DNA of 59,364 nucleotides, counting the filler, from Circinaria calcarea (Eukaryota), in the NCBI GenBank assembly GCA_051942165.1. It is 2 parts of 2 records of this genome, joined end to end, with 100 filler letters (N's around TTAATTAATTAA, not from the genome) between each part and the next. Parts side by side here need not be neighbours in the genome. Positions count along the whole stretch, not along the records: positions 1 to 29,864 come from JAVECS010000044.1; positions 29,965 to 59,364 come from JAVECS010000045.1. The stretch is one strand, 5' to 3'. The translations under genes and the position numbers were made by a program. Every line of letters starts with the position of its first letter. Positions within the stretch are counted from its first letter, which is position 1. The notes beneath the pieces are model-generated. The model had not been told where the DNA came from. It made no database searches and saw nothing but the letters and a program-made list of their open reading frames with translations. Shown here piece after piece: positions 26,210 to 37,236 of the stretch.

Positions 26210-26860
26210 ATTGAATGCGCTTGATGTTCAGTGCATTAGTAGTGAGTCAAGAGAAGTGCAGAGCATACGCAGGTCCGCAAGGTTGGCCCAAGACCCATTC
26301 GTATTCCAGTGGAAACCCGATTACGTGCTCATTCCCGCATTTGCAAAGCTGAACAACCCAAGGGCTAGTTGGATAACGCATGCACAGCCCACGCAATCGA
26401 CTGAACTGACAGCGACTTGAAGTATCAGATGTTACGGGTCAAGGTTCCTGGAGGCGCATTTCATTGACATTCCGTTGAAGTGACGCGCTAATTCGCGATT
26501 AGCGCCTAAAACTTGGCCCTTGATTAGAGAGGTGCTTGTCCTTAGGGAATAGGTCACGGGACCGCTCCGTGTCCTTTTACGTTCGTCCGTGAGCCGTTGA
26601 ATGTGAAATTGTCTTTCCTGAGGTGGTAAAGTACGGGATACGCAAAGTCACCTGGGATTATAGCAATGTCGGTGGTCGGAACGTAGCTGGACCCGACTGC
26701 TTCTCATGGCTCAAGCAGAATTCATAATTCAAGAACGGATTCGCCCGCCCACCCAGCTTCAATATGCCTTATTGAGTGGATTGACATACTCCAACGCTAT
26801 GCTTTCATGCCACTCAGCGAACCTGCTGTAATGGCCATCCATATTGAGAACTTTGTCCGT

Positions 26861-28374
26861 CTATTCGATGTCAATACCTCTACTCTCGTGTCCCAATTCC
26901 CTCTCCACTGCTAATTTAATGCCATTTAAGAATGCCTCTACGGCTTCTCCCCCTCCTATGGGTATTCCTCCTTCATGCATGAACCCGCCGTTGTCGACTT
27001 TGATCTTCAGAGCTTCACTTATGCTCGGAAGACCACCCTCACGCAAGGCCATGGTAAGACTGCCTAGGCTCTGCGAAAACTGAGGCGACCGAAGTACCTT
27101 GCTAAGTATATCCTTCTTTTGGTTTAATGACAAAGCTTCCATAGTAGCTTTGGTAGTCTCGGACGTAGGATCTACAGCCGAAAGATCATCCACCTCCTGC
27201 GCTAGAAGTAGCAGTGTCGGCGGGACATTGGTGAGTAGATTTTCAACCAGCCGTTCGTCTGCGGACTCAATAATGGGCAAAGTCGACGAGGTTGGAAGTA
27301 GGTCAGGAAGCGTAGTAAACGGTTTGCTTTGAGACAACGGTCGCTGAATTGGAAGTGCTCGATTCCCCTGTAGTGATTCGAGGAAATTGGCTACTGCAGC
27401 TGCTGCATCGGTCGGAGGCGCATGCGCTCTGTGGGGAAATAATTAGCTAAATCTCATGCAACTACTATCAAAAGGTAGATGGGGATAAGCGATGAAATGG
27501 AACAAATTTGAGGCTATTCCAATAATGTAAGAGCAATCTAGCCTTTCTATGTTGTCCGGCAATATAGCTAATGCTTTCATGGTTCTGCTCCATTTCCTAC
27601 CCTTGGTACTCCTTTGTGCATATTCGCAGTATCCATAGACTCCACGACGAACAGGAATACAGTAACCTACGCTCGTCCACCATCTTCCCCTCCCTCCCGT
27701 GACTCTTCGCCCTCTTCCCTAAAGTCTCCGCCTGTCGCACCCGCACCAGCACCTCCACTAGCTGCGCGATGAAGATCGGGTCCACCTCCAGCTCCTTCCA
27801 TGTCTTCCATTGTCTCGTCATCGTCCCCGCCCTGGCCCCCTTGATCACTAGGAAGGTTGGCAATTTCTTGTTCGACATCAATTTCTTCGCCCTGTAGTAG
27901 CTGATCTACAATCTGGCCAACCTTGAGATCCCGCGGACTGAAGAAGCTCGCATTGCCTTGCGGATGTTGGGTTTTGGACTGCAACCAGAACAGGTGTCGT
28001 TGCGAACTTGAGGAGAATTTCAATACATATATCCGGCCATTTATTGGTAATGTAGACGTCGAATCAGAGCTAGGTCGTGCATATGGCGTAAAGTGTCCAT
28101 CGGAGGGGACCATGACAAGGTCAAGCTCGGGTTGGCTCAAAGGCGCGGACCGTGGACGCCAACAGAAGTGAACGAGATCATCTTCAGAGTAGAGATAAAT
28201 GAAACCTTTAGTGCCTTTTGGCCTCACAATTGGAGGAGTAATGCTGTACTGTACAGAAGTCAGCGATCGAAGGCAAGAAGGACGAAGAGAAGGGCGAAGC
28301 CTTTCTAAAGAGGTTAAACACACATCTAAATCACAGGTACCCGCCTTGAACGTGATGATAGGATTGATAGACAT
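26861..28374 (-). CDS. RPN13: Proteasome ubiquitin receptor Rpn13/ADRM1 (Pru domain + C-terminal UCH-binding region)
   Basis: IITFKAG, KGFIYLYSEDDLVHFCWRPR, GRIYVLKFSSSSQRHLFWLQ; C-terminal VLRSPQFSQSLGSLT..LREGGLP. Two introns, the second 27429-27670. Confidence 0.93.
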
Positions 28375-28644
28375 GTTGCCGCGATATTTCAGAGACAGTA
28401 AAAAGCAGGACCAGCTTTTCTGGTGGTAGAAATTCCTTGTAAGATTCGATTCAGATGCTGACCTTTTCGAAGCCTTTTCTTTTTGGCCGGCCTAGGACAC
28501 AGCCAAACTTTCCAAATGAAGATTAGCGCGCTGAGGCAGTCAAGCGAGTAGCCCACAAACCCGCGACAGTTCATTAACGACATCAACTCAACTGTTAAAC
28601 CATCGACAATCCTTACAGTCATCATCGCCGGGGAAACAGTCGTC

Positions 28645-29474
28645 ATGTCGGCACAGCATGAAGCGAGTCCGCCTGCCGGCAAGACAAAGAAGTTCGGAAA
28701 AGGCGAGAGATCGATACCTCACCATACCCAGAAGGCAAAGAAGTACTACCCTACGGAAGACGAGGCCAAGCCCAAGAAGGTACGTTCATATATGCTCCCA
28801 GAAAATGCTCAGCTACTTTACTGCGGTAACTGTGAAGATTAGCTTGCCGTGATGTTTGACAGCTTCAATTACCATCGTGGGGCATACCTTAGTAGATAAC
28901 TGTACTGATGATGTGTTGCATAGGTCCGTAAATCTATTCACCCCGCCAAGCCACGTCCCACACTTCAGCCCGGTGTCGTACTCATTCTCCTCGCTGGTCG
29001 TTTCCGCGGCAAGCGTGTAATCCTCCTCAAGCATCTCCCTCAAGGCGTCCTCCTAGTTACTGGTCCTTTCAAAGTCAACGGTGTCCCTCTTCGAAGGGTA
29101 AATGCCAGATACGTGATTGCGACGTCGGCGAAGGTAGATCTCAAGGGTATCGATGAGAAGATTGTAGAGAAGGTCGGTGAGGAGGGTTACTTTACGAGGG
29201 AGAAGAAGGGGGAGACGTCTGGAGAAGAGGCATTCTTCAAGCAGGGTGAGAAGCCAGAGGTTAGTGTCCGAACTTATCACGTACTTTATCGAACCAAGCT
29301 AACATATTGTGGGCGCTTCAGAAGAAAAAGATCACAAGTGTCCGCGCTAGCGACCAGAAAGCCGTCGACAAAGCATTATTGTCAACTATCAAAAGCGAGC
29401 CATTCCTACTCGATTACTTACGAAGCACATTCAGTCTACGCAATGGCGATAGGCCCCATGAAATGAAGTGGTAG
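28645..29474 (+). CDS. RPL6: 60S ribosomal protein L6 (eL6)
   Basis: [46 protein letters not shown], ends [14 protein letters not shown]. Introns 28780-28923 and ~29260-29320. Confidence 0.97.
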
Positions 29475-29864
29475 ACTCGAAGGGCAAAGGCACATGAAAA
29501 CACAGCAAGTCGGACAGTGATAGACGTTTTCCAAGGTTTACTCACGTGGCAAAAGCGATGGATTACCGACTGAACTGCTTGTATCAAAGCTTCAAAAGTA
29601 ATGGCTTGATACTCCATTCAAATACGCATCGAAAGCCAGTAAATTTCCCACCTGTTCTTGATTGCACTAGCTACGAACTAAGGGAGCTCTAAATTGAAAT
29701 TCAAGTATTTAGCTTAGCGGACAACGAGTACCTCAGTTAATCTGGCGAGGTTACGACTTTAACGGTAGACTTTTAGCGCCTTGGTGACTACGATGGTAGA
29801 TCGCGACAGACATAGTAGACCTCGCCTAAAAGCCTGTGTTATAATACCAAGCCACAATATAATT

Positions 29865-29963
29865 NNNNNNNNNNNNNNNNNNNNNNNNNNNNNNNNNNNN
29901 NNNNNNNNTTAATTAATTAANNNNNNNNNNNNNNNNNNNNNNNNNNNNNNNNNNNNNNNNNNN
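29865..29963. other. Assembly gap with an artificial six-frame-stop linker (N44-TTAATTAATTAA-N43)
   Basis: Runs of N either side of TTAATTAATTAA at 29909-29920. Confidence 0.95.
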
Positions 29964-30005
29964 NGGGTCGGTTGTATTCCAGAGACAAGAACGGTCATAA
30001 CTCAC

Positions 30006-30877
30006 ATTCGTTCAGCTCCTCTTCGCTAATCTCCCTTAGCTTGTTCACATTCGGAGCACTTCCTGTCACTATCCCCTTGGCAATCTCGATCCCTCTGCCA
30101 ATGGCGTTTTGATTCACGATTGCGTACGTCGCCGTCTTGGCCTTGACCGCAATCATCCCGATCCTTGGATCTTCCGGGCCACCGTCATGTGTGCCGTCTC
30201 CCAAATCACCGAGCCAGGCTTTTAAGCCAGGGCTATAGTATTTACGGACTTTTTCACGATCGGTGGTGATGGTTGCTTCCCCGCTTATGGAGGCCCATTC
30301 ACCGCTGGGGTTAAGGAAGGCGATGTTGATTGTGGGGTCAGATTGGAGGTCGTCTGTTTTGCCGGATTCGGTGTTGGTGTGGAAGAGGAGGTCGATACCG
30401 CCACCTTCCTGTTTTTGTGGAGAGTGTTATCAGTAGTATTCGAATTATGACGAAGACTCTGAGGGTCTGAAGATGAAGTAGCGGGGAGGGGAGTGCCGGT
30501 CTTACCTTTGCGGCCAATGCCATACACCTCGAGACCAATTGCCCAGTACTAGCAATACGTGTGGTCATCATGCCAAATTTACACCTTTCCATAAAGGCAA
30601 CGAGGTCTTCGATCTTCTCCTTCAGCTGGGGATCGTCTTTGTTCTTGGCCGTGTATGGATCGGCCGGCTTGCTCCCCGTGTCCGCGTTGCTAAATTTGTC
30701 CGACATTTTGGCCGATGAAGAGATTATTAGTCTTTGGTTTGTAGGTTTGTAGCTATTCAAAGTAAGTGGCTGAAGACGACAGGTTCTCGGTAACTGTGAA
30801 GCACGCGGCGAAGACCGGATGATGGAGAGGCCCACCCTTGTCGGTAGGAGGATGCGTGGTCTGATGCAGGAAGTCAT
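30006..30877 (-). CDS. bli-3: Bli-3-like protein (pyridoxamine-5'-phosphate-oxidase-like, FMN-binding split barrel); last exon lost in the gap
   Basis: MSDKFSNADTGSKPADPY (ATG 30706), KFGMMTT, LVSRCMALAAK|EGGGIDLLFHTNTESGKTDDL, KAWLGDLGDGTHDGGPEDPRIG. Upstream in-frame ATG at 30877. The donor gtgagt at 30005 runs into the N gap. Confidence 0.9.
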
Positions 30878-31393
30878 TGTAGAAAAGAGCGTAAGGGAAG
30901 GGAGAACGGGGTTGAAAAGAGCTTACCTGGCGATGTTGGTCAACGAAGATCGGGTTGGCAAGGAGGAGATTGAAGCACAAATGTTTCTAAGCTCGTCATC
31001 AACTATCCTCCATCGTGGGGCGAGCCGTTTTGGCTGTATGACGTATTGGGGACATCAGATCTGGCCGGAGTGGATGATCTCACGTGACTACCGGTGCCAG
31101 ATATGCCAGATCCTCCTAAGCTCGACTCTACTAAACTGCCATGATTTTCTCGTTCGCATTTGTCTTCTAAACAACATCTCATTTCAATTCTTATCTCTTC
31201 TATTTGTGTAAAGGCCTTCTAGAAAAGAGGCTGTTGCCCTTCTGTGTGCCTAATCGTGTCTCATTTAGGTGTCATGTAAGAAACCTAGGATGAGCAGGCA
31301 GCAACACCACTTTTACATCACTCTTTCAGCAAGTAACCGTCGTTCATTTCTTTACCTTTAGAATCAGGAGTCGCCAATCTCAACCTTACAAGC

Positions 31394-31918
31394 ATGCTCC
31401 AACCGTCCCCAACATTCTCCCCTCTCATCCTTCTTCCTCTTGAACTCCTCCCCTACATAGCAGTTCACCTACCCTACCCTGATCTCCTCGCCCTCCGCCA
31501 CTCACACCCTCACTTCTACTACTCTCCTTTCCTCAACACCAACACAAATATCCGCCTCAAGGTCGACTGGCTGATCGACCGCAAAGTCCGTGGCCTTGCC
31601 CTGCCCGATGGAAACCCCTCAAAGGGCAAGAGTCTGATATTAAAAACCGATCGGGATTTTTGCCGAAGTGCGGATGGAGAGGTCAGGCGGATCATGGAGA
31701 GGAGAAGGGCGCATCGGGAATGTCGGCTTGGAAGTGGAGAATGTGAGGTGGTCAGGGGAGAAAAGTGTCGTGTAAGGAAGAGGATGCCGTACAGGATAAT
31801 AGCATGGCTGTCGAATCATTTGAGTCTGGAGGTTGTAGTGGGTCTGTTGTTCTTGGGATCGGCAGTCGCAATTGGCATGGCATTACGACTGGGGAATGGA
31901 GCCCAGGTCTCAATCTAG
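31394..31918 (+). CDS. Small F-box-like protein with a Cys/His motif and a C-terminal hydrophobic helix
   Basis: PLILLPLELLPYIAVHLPYPDLLALRHSHPHFY (F-box pattern); KTDRDFC...RRIMERRRAHREC...CEVVRGEKC; TM-like LEVVVGLLFLGSAVAIGMAL. Confidence 0.75.
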   Translation: MLQPSPTFSPLILLPLELLPYIAVHLPYPDLLALRHSHPHFYYSPFLNTNTNIRLKVDWLIDRKVRGLALPDGNPSKGKSLILKTDRDFCRSADGEVRRIMERRRAHRECRLGSGECEVVRGEKCRVRKRMPYRIIAWLSNHLSLEVVVGLLFLGSAVAIGMALRLGNGAQVSI

Positions 31919-33088
31919 TTTTGGGAATTCTTCTTGCTAGAATAACACATATGGAACAGGACTGAAACATACCTTTGGAAATCCCTCGAAGGAGGAAAAG
32001 AAAAAAAACAAGAAGCTACATCGGGACCCAGAAGCCCGCAGTAGAAAGACGAAACAGAAATATCTGGCATAGCACACCAGCTTCCAGCTCGCCATCCGGA
32101 CACCCGCCAGACCGGAGCAACCGTTGCTATACCCCCGCACGTACCATACATAACATACGGCACCACAGTCAATCAGTTCTCCAGTTGCTGTCCGGTACCG
32201 GAGCTAAAAACGGTACACACCTAACGGGTTACTCGGATCCCTCCATCCACCTTATTCTTCGGTGGTTTCGAGTGCATCTCTAAAGAAACTTAAGCCGCAG
32301 TTGAATATGGTGTAGGAACGCAAGCTGCGCATGAAAAGCGGTGTAACAGCTACCACTTTTCGTCCTCAGATTTCGTCTCCGGGAGAGGGGGAGGAGACGG
32401 GTAAGATTTGGAAGCTTTAGGACGGAGCAAAAACTGAACCAGAGAATGGTGAACGGTTTTAGGTTGAGCAATGAGCATACCTACCCGAGAAGAGAATGAT
32501 TAATCAATTCAAGTAATCCGAAAATCCCAAAATGTTGCGATAGTGTTCAGCTCTGGCCCGCCATCTTGTTGCCACCTGTCCCGGGTTTGATCTTGACTTT
32601 GCAAACCCCCTAATCTACAAGTCAAAATCCTTCCATTCACCCTTGACAGGGTCATGAATTCAGGCCTGGGGGGATACAAGTCTGCAACTGCTGTGTGGGT
32701 GGCGGGGGACAGTTCTTTGAAGTTTGCTACACTCGACATCCGTATCATGAGCATCCCAAAAAGGCCAATAAACCATACCAGAACAGGCTCGCGAACAACT
32801 TGGGTCATTTGGTCCTTGTCATGAAAGCATGGAACGATCACATGTAAAGGAGACTCACAGATAAATTCCTGTCACTTGGTACTAGTACTTACTATAAAGT
32901 TCCTAGATAAGCTCCAAGGAAACGATGCAGCATCACGACTGCACCCGTCAAAGATGACACAGACCGATAGTCAGGCCTCCCATTGCGTGCCATACGCTTT
33001 TGCCCGAACCCCCCAGTACTCCGGCCCGGCTGTGTCAGCGGCGTAATGCGGTGCTATATACAACTGTCAAAGAATGCCGCGTAGATCA

Positions 33089-34725
33089 TCAACGACTCTT
33101 CTCCCTCCTCTCCTCCGACTTCGTCAACGTCGACTTTCCTTGCTCTTTTCCTAGCTTCCTCCCCTCCCGATACTTCTCACCCTTCTCCTTCAAATATCGC
33201 CACGTCCTCACCAGTCCTCCGGTCACAATCCCTTTCAGACTCTGACTGACACTTGGCCACCCGATCGTCTTCTTAATCACGACGCTGACTTCCTTCTTCA
33301 ACTCCTGGTAATCTTCCCCGGCGATACGTCTCTCAAAGGGTCCTCCCTGTCTCCGCTTTACGCGAGTGGGATCCTCATCGTTGGTGTCTTCGAGCATCTT
33401 GTTAAATTCTAAGCGTGGAATCTGGTATTTGGATTGGTATTGAAAATATAATTTCTCGCGGAAGGATTTAGGGAGGCGTCGCACCATGTTCCCACGCTTC
33501 TGTGGGTCCATGTCTTGAGCAAGCGAAGCATTGGTTGTTGGATCCTCGGCCCATTCAGGCCGGCTACACCGTGGATCTTGAAAAGAAACGTTAGGGAGAT
33601 CTTCGATTAGAGGTGCGTAAAGGCGGCGGAAGTTGGGGAGTTGGTTTTTAACAATGTTTTTGACTTTCTGAGGATTCTCGGTTGGAAATGACATGCGGAG
33701 ATCACCGAGATAAGAGATACCAGCAATTGTGCGGTAAAGATCTTGTTCGGTAAATGTAGGCGGGAGTAGTAGGAGAGCTGTACGAATAGCGGATACGAGG
33801 TTAACTTGATTGGCGAGGCGTACTCGGGGGTCGTCGCGAAGGATCTTGACAGGTTTCTGTAGACGACCGGCCAGATATAGTGTGTCCCACTCTGATAAAT
33901 CACGACAGAGTGTGTCAAGATTGACGACACCATACTTGATGAGAGTTCCGTTGACGGTAACGTATGGATTGAAGTAGACGCCCGCGCCCCATCTATCCTG
34001 AATACGAGAAACAACGTATGATCCAAGCGATCCCACCGCCGAATAATGATCTCGATGTTGTTGTAAGTTTAAAGAGTGCCAATGCTGAGTATGAGAAACG
34101 CCAAAAATGAAGTCGATTACTTTGCTCTGGCCCCCTTGCACGGTTGTTATGGCTGGGTCTGGCTTCGGGTGAAGTGCGGAGGAGGGCGCAGACGGAGACG
34201 CTCCGGATTGGGGGAAGACTCCAGAACCATAGGCAAAGGCATACCGGATTGGAGCACGAAACTGCCAGAGAATCTGTCGTAATGCCTCCTTGAATTCATC
34301 GTTGATCACCATGTGCTGATTGAACCCAAAGTTCGTAGAAGGTAGTTGGGAAAAAGCAGATATGCTCAGATTCGGGTTCTCATCCCAATCCGCCGGGGGA
34401 TTGTTTGGTCGGGATGATGACTTGGTAGGTCCAGAATTGGATTGCTGAGATGCCGGTTCCTTCAATGAAGAGCTCGTACGAGATGCGTCAGCTTTGCCAT
34501 TTGAGGAGCTTTGGGGACTGGAGGCAAAGCATCGCCCGAGAGTATTGACGGAGAATGTGAGTGGTAGTTTTCGACGCCCTCTGGCTCTATTTTCAGCGCG
34601 GATGAGACTTCTTGACAAGCGCAAGCCTATAGCTGGAGATATCTGCTTCTCGTCATTGTGATCAGCTGTGAGCTGTGAAGCTTAGGGAGGGAGCCGAGGA
34701 TGCCGGAGGGCCTTACAGCTGCCAT
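33089..34725 (-). CDS. TAM41: Mitochondrial phosphatidate cytidylyltransferase Tam41 (Mmp37)
   Basis: RYAFAYGSGVFPQ, IDFIFGV, GVYFNPYV, IKYGVV, LYLAGRLQKPV, ISYLGDLRM. Micro-exon ATG GCA GCT at 34725 is joined by an intron (gtaagg...aagcag, 34643-34716). Confidence 0.95.
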
Positions 34726-35158
34726 TGCCTTGCCCGTCTTACTCCATAGCCCTCGGGGGTGGATTGTCAGGGAAATCGTATGGCGTTGATACCACGCAAA
34801 TGATTCGGTTGGTTACCGCGCGCCATAAATGCCGAATGTTCTTTCGAAGGTGATCTTAGCACGGGGATTCTGCAGATACATTACTGTGTATATTCAATGG
34901 AGTAGCTTTGGAAACAGCCCTATGTAAGATCCAGGGTATCCCCGGCGGGACAGGAACAGAAAGCCGGCAGGGATAAGGACGCGCTAGTGCTCGCCGAAGT
35001 TTGGTGGGGAAAGCACGACCACAACAAACACCGACCGTTGCACTTCTTCGCATCGACAACATGGCGGCCTGAGGATAGCATTGGATTACAGTACCGAAAC
35101 CTATGATCAGCTTTGCTAAAGCGACTGTTACTGTATATAGCCTGAATACACAGCAACC

Positions 35159-37236
35159 ATGGCAAGCTCAGAGGGCATGGAAACCTATGCGGCGCGTCTC
35201 GCATCCTTCGACAAAGCTCATCCAACCACCAAGAAGAGATCTTCTAATGCAAAAGGCGCAAAGACTCTCAAATGGCCACACAAGACCCCGACGCCTGCGC
35301 AGGTATTTATCCATGCATGACGTCCCAGTAAGCAGCAAAATCCTAACTTCAACAGCTTGCAACGGCTGGCTTCTTCTATCAGCCGACGGCATCCTCTCCG
35401 GACAATGCAACCTGTTTCCTTTGCGAAAGGGCTCTAGACGGTTGGGAGGAAGATGATGATCCTATCAAGGAGCATCTCAATTACTCCGCCGATTGTGGTT
35501 GGATCCTCAACGTCGGCATTGAACAAGACATCGAGAACGGTAGCTTCGAAGAGGCGGACCCAATGTCCACCAGATTGCTGGAGGCACGAAGTTCGACCTT
35601 TGGCGGATTATGGCCGCATGAAAGCAAGAGAGGATGGACCTGCAAGACTCAAAAGGTAAGCGCCAGCTGGGGAGTAGGAGACGAGAGGATGCTGACACAT
35701 TCGATTAGATGGTTGAGGCAGGATGGTACTATTGTCCTACACCCGAAAGCGATGACTTTGTCAAATGTCCGTATTGCAGTCTGGGCTTGGATGGGTGGGA
35801 GCCAAAGGATAATCCTTAGTGAGTCCGACTCGCACCTGCCTAACATTCTGGCTAACTGGGGAAGCAATGAACATCAGCGCCGTTCTCCGGGTTGCGCCTT
35901 CTTTACCCTAATGCAATCTCTGAATCCTCCACGTGCAAAGAAAGGTCGACCCTCAAAGGCTTCACGAATGTCTACACAGTCCGACGTTACCGCCGAGAAT
36001 CTGTCGATGATAGAGGTCCGTATCGACGAGGGCAATAGCACTCTTACCACCGCCACCCATATGACCATGAGTCCAGCTGCACCGAAAGCAAATAAAAAAG
36101 TTACAAAAGCAAAAAAGGGAAAGGGGAAAGCGCAGATTGCCGCCAGAACCATGGAGCCAGAAGAGGCGGTTCAGATGAGCAGTTTGGTTGAGCCAGAGGA
36201 CGATGATTTTGCGGTCAAAATTGAACCGCCTAAAGTGCCAAAGGGAAAACGAGGCAAGAAAAGGACTAGCAAGGAGATGGATGCTGAAGAGGCGCATGTA
36301 AACGAACCACTTGAAAGCTCTCCTCCCCCTGCAAAGCGTCGAACGACCCGAAATAGGAGCAGCACTGTGAAGCCGCCCAATATGCTAGGCTCGTCTATTC
36401 TACCTATGCCAAAGGACCCCCCATCTCGAAAACCGTCTAAAAACCAGCACAACCGCGAATCTTCTGGTTGGCTCTCAGGACGAAGCAACCGAGCATCAGT
36501 GCTGTTGGTGGCCCCCACGCCTAACGAGCCAGCAACTGACATGCATGAGTCCGTCTTAATTGTAGATAAAACTATTCCAGGGAGATCCAAAACAGCATCT
36601 CCTGTAATTCCTTCGCCAAGAGCAGAATCCCATTTGCCTGAGCATCAGCCAATCGAAGACGAAATACAGCAACCCCACATGGAGCACATTCAAGATGTCG
36701 AAACGGAAATTCAGACACCAGAACCGACCCAGCCTGAACCAAGAGCTGTAGTGTCCTCTTCAGCAATGCCAAAACGGAAAGTGCCGTCACCGACGCCTTC
36801 GCCTCAATCTTCGAATGCAGAAAACGCTCCTCCATCTTCGCTTCCTTCACAGCGCCGTCCACCCTTGACGCAGCTATCGCCATCCAAAGCCCAAACTATC
36901 CGTATTCCTCTAGCAGCCAGCACACCGACGATCTCGTCATCTAAACGTAAAAGAGCATCGAAGCTGGAGACCACGTGTGCATGGACGTCGGTGGATATCG
37001 AGAAAATCTTTATGGGATCTCCGGGCCCGAATGGGAAGAGTTCTCGCCTCTTTGACGAAACAAACATGGTGTTGACGACTCCCGAGAAGAGGATGACGGT
37101 TGAAGAGTGGATACTTTATAACGCCAAGAAAGCAGAGGAAAGGTTGAGAAGTGAATGCGAGCGCTTGGTTGGAAGATTTGAAGGAGAGGGGGTCCGTGCC
37201 TTGAGAGCTTTGGAGGGGATCGTATGTATCGAATAA
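35159..37236 (+). CDS. BIR1: Survivin-like chromosomal passenger protein with two BIR domains
   Basis: Spliced: RLASF...WPH...|LATAGFFY...CFLCERALDGWEEDDDPIKEH...C and MVEAGWYY...CPYCSLGLDGWEPKDNP..EHQRRSPGC; C-terminal EKRMTVEEWI...RLVGRFE. Three introns. Confidence 0.93.

Noticed and set aside
26825..26835. GCTGTAATGGC, matching the 5' motif of fungal SRP RNA
   Set aside because: The downstream sequence is the antisense of the RPN13 coding region, with no SRP helix-6/8 motifs
32770..32785. AAACCAT followed by ACA, resembling the snR30/U17 m2 motif and ACA box
   Set aside because: No upstream m1 motif (ATATTCCTA-like) or matching basal stem, and the spacing is 6 nt rather than the 7 nt I recall for this family
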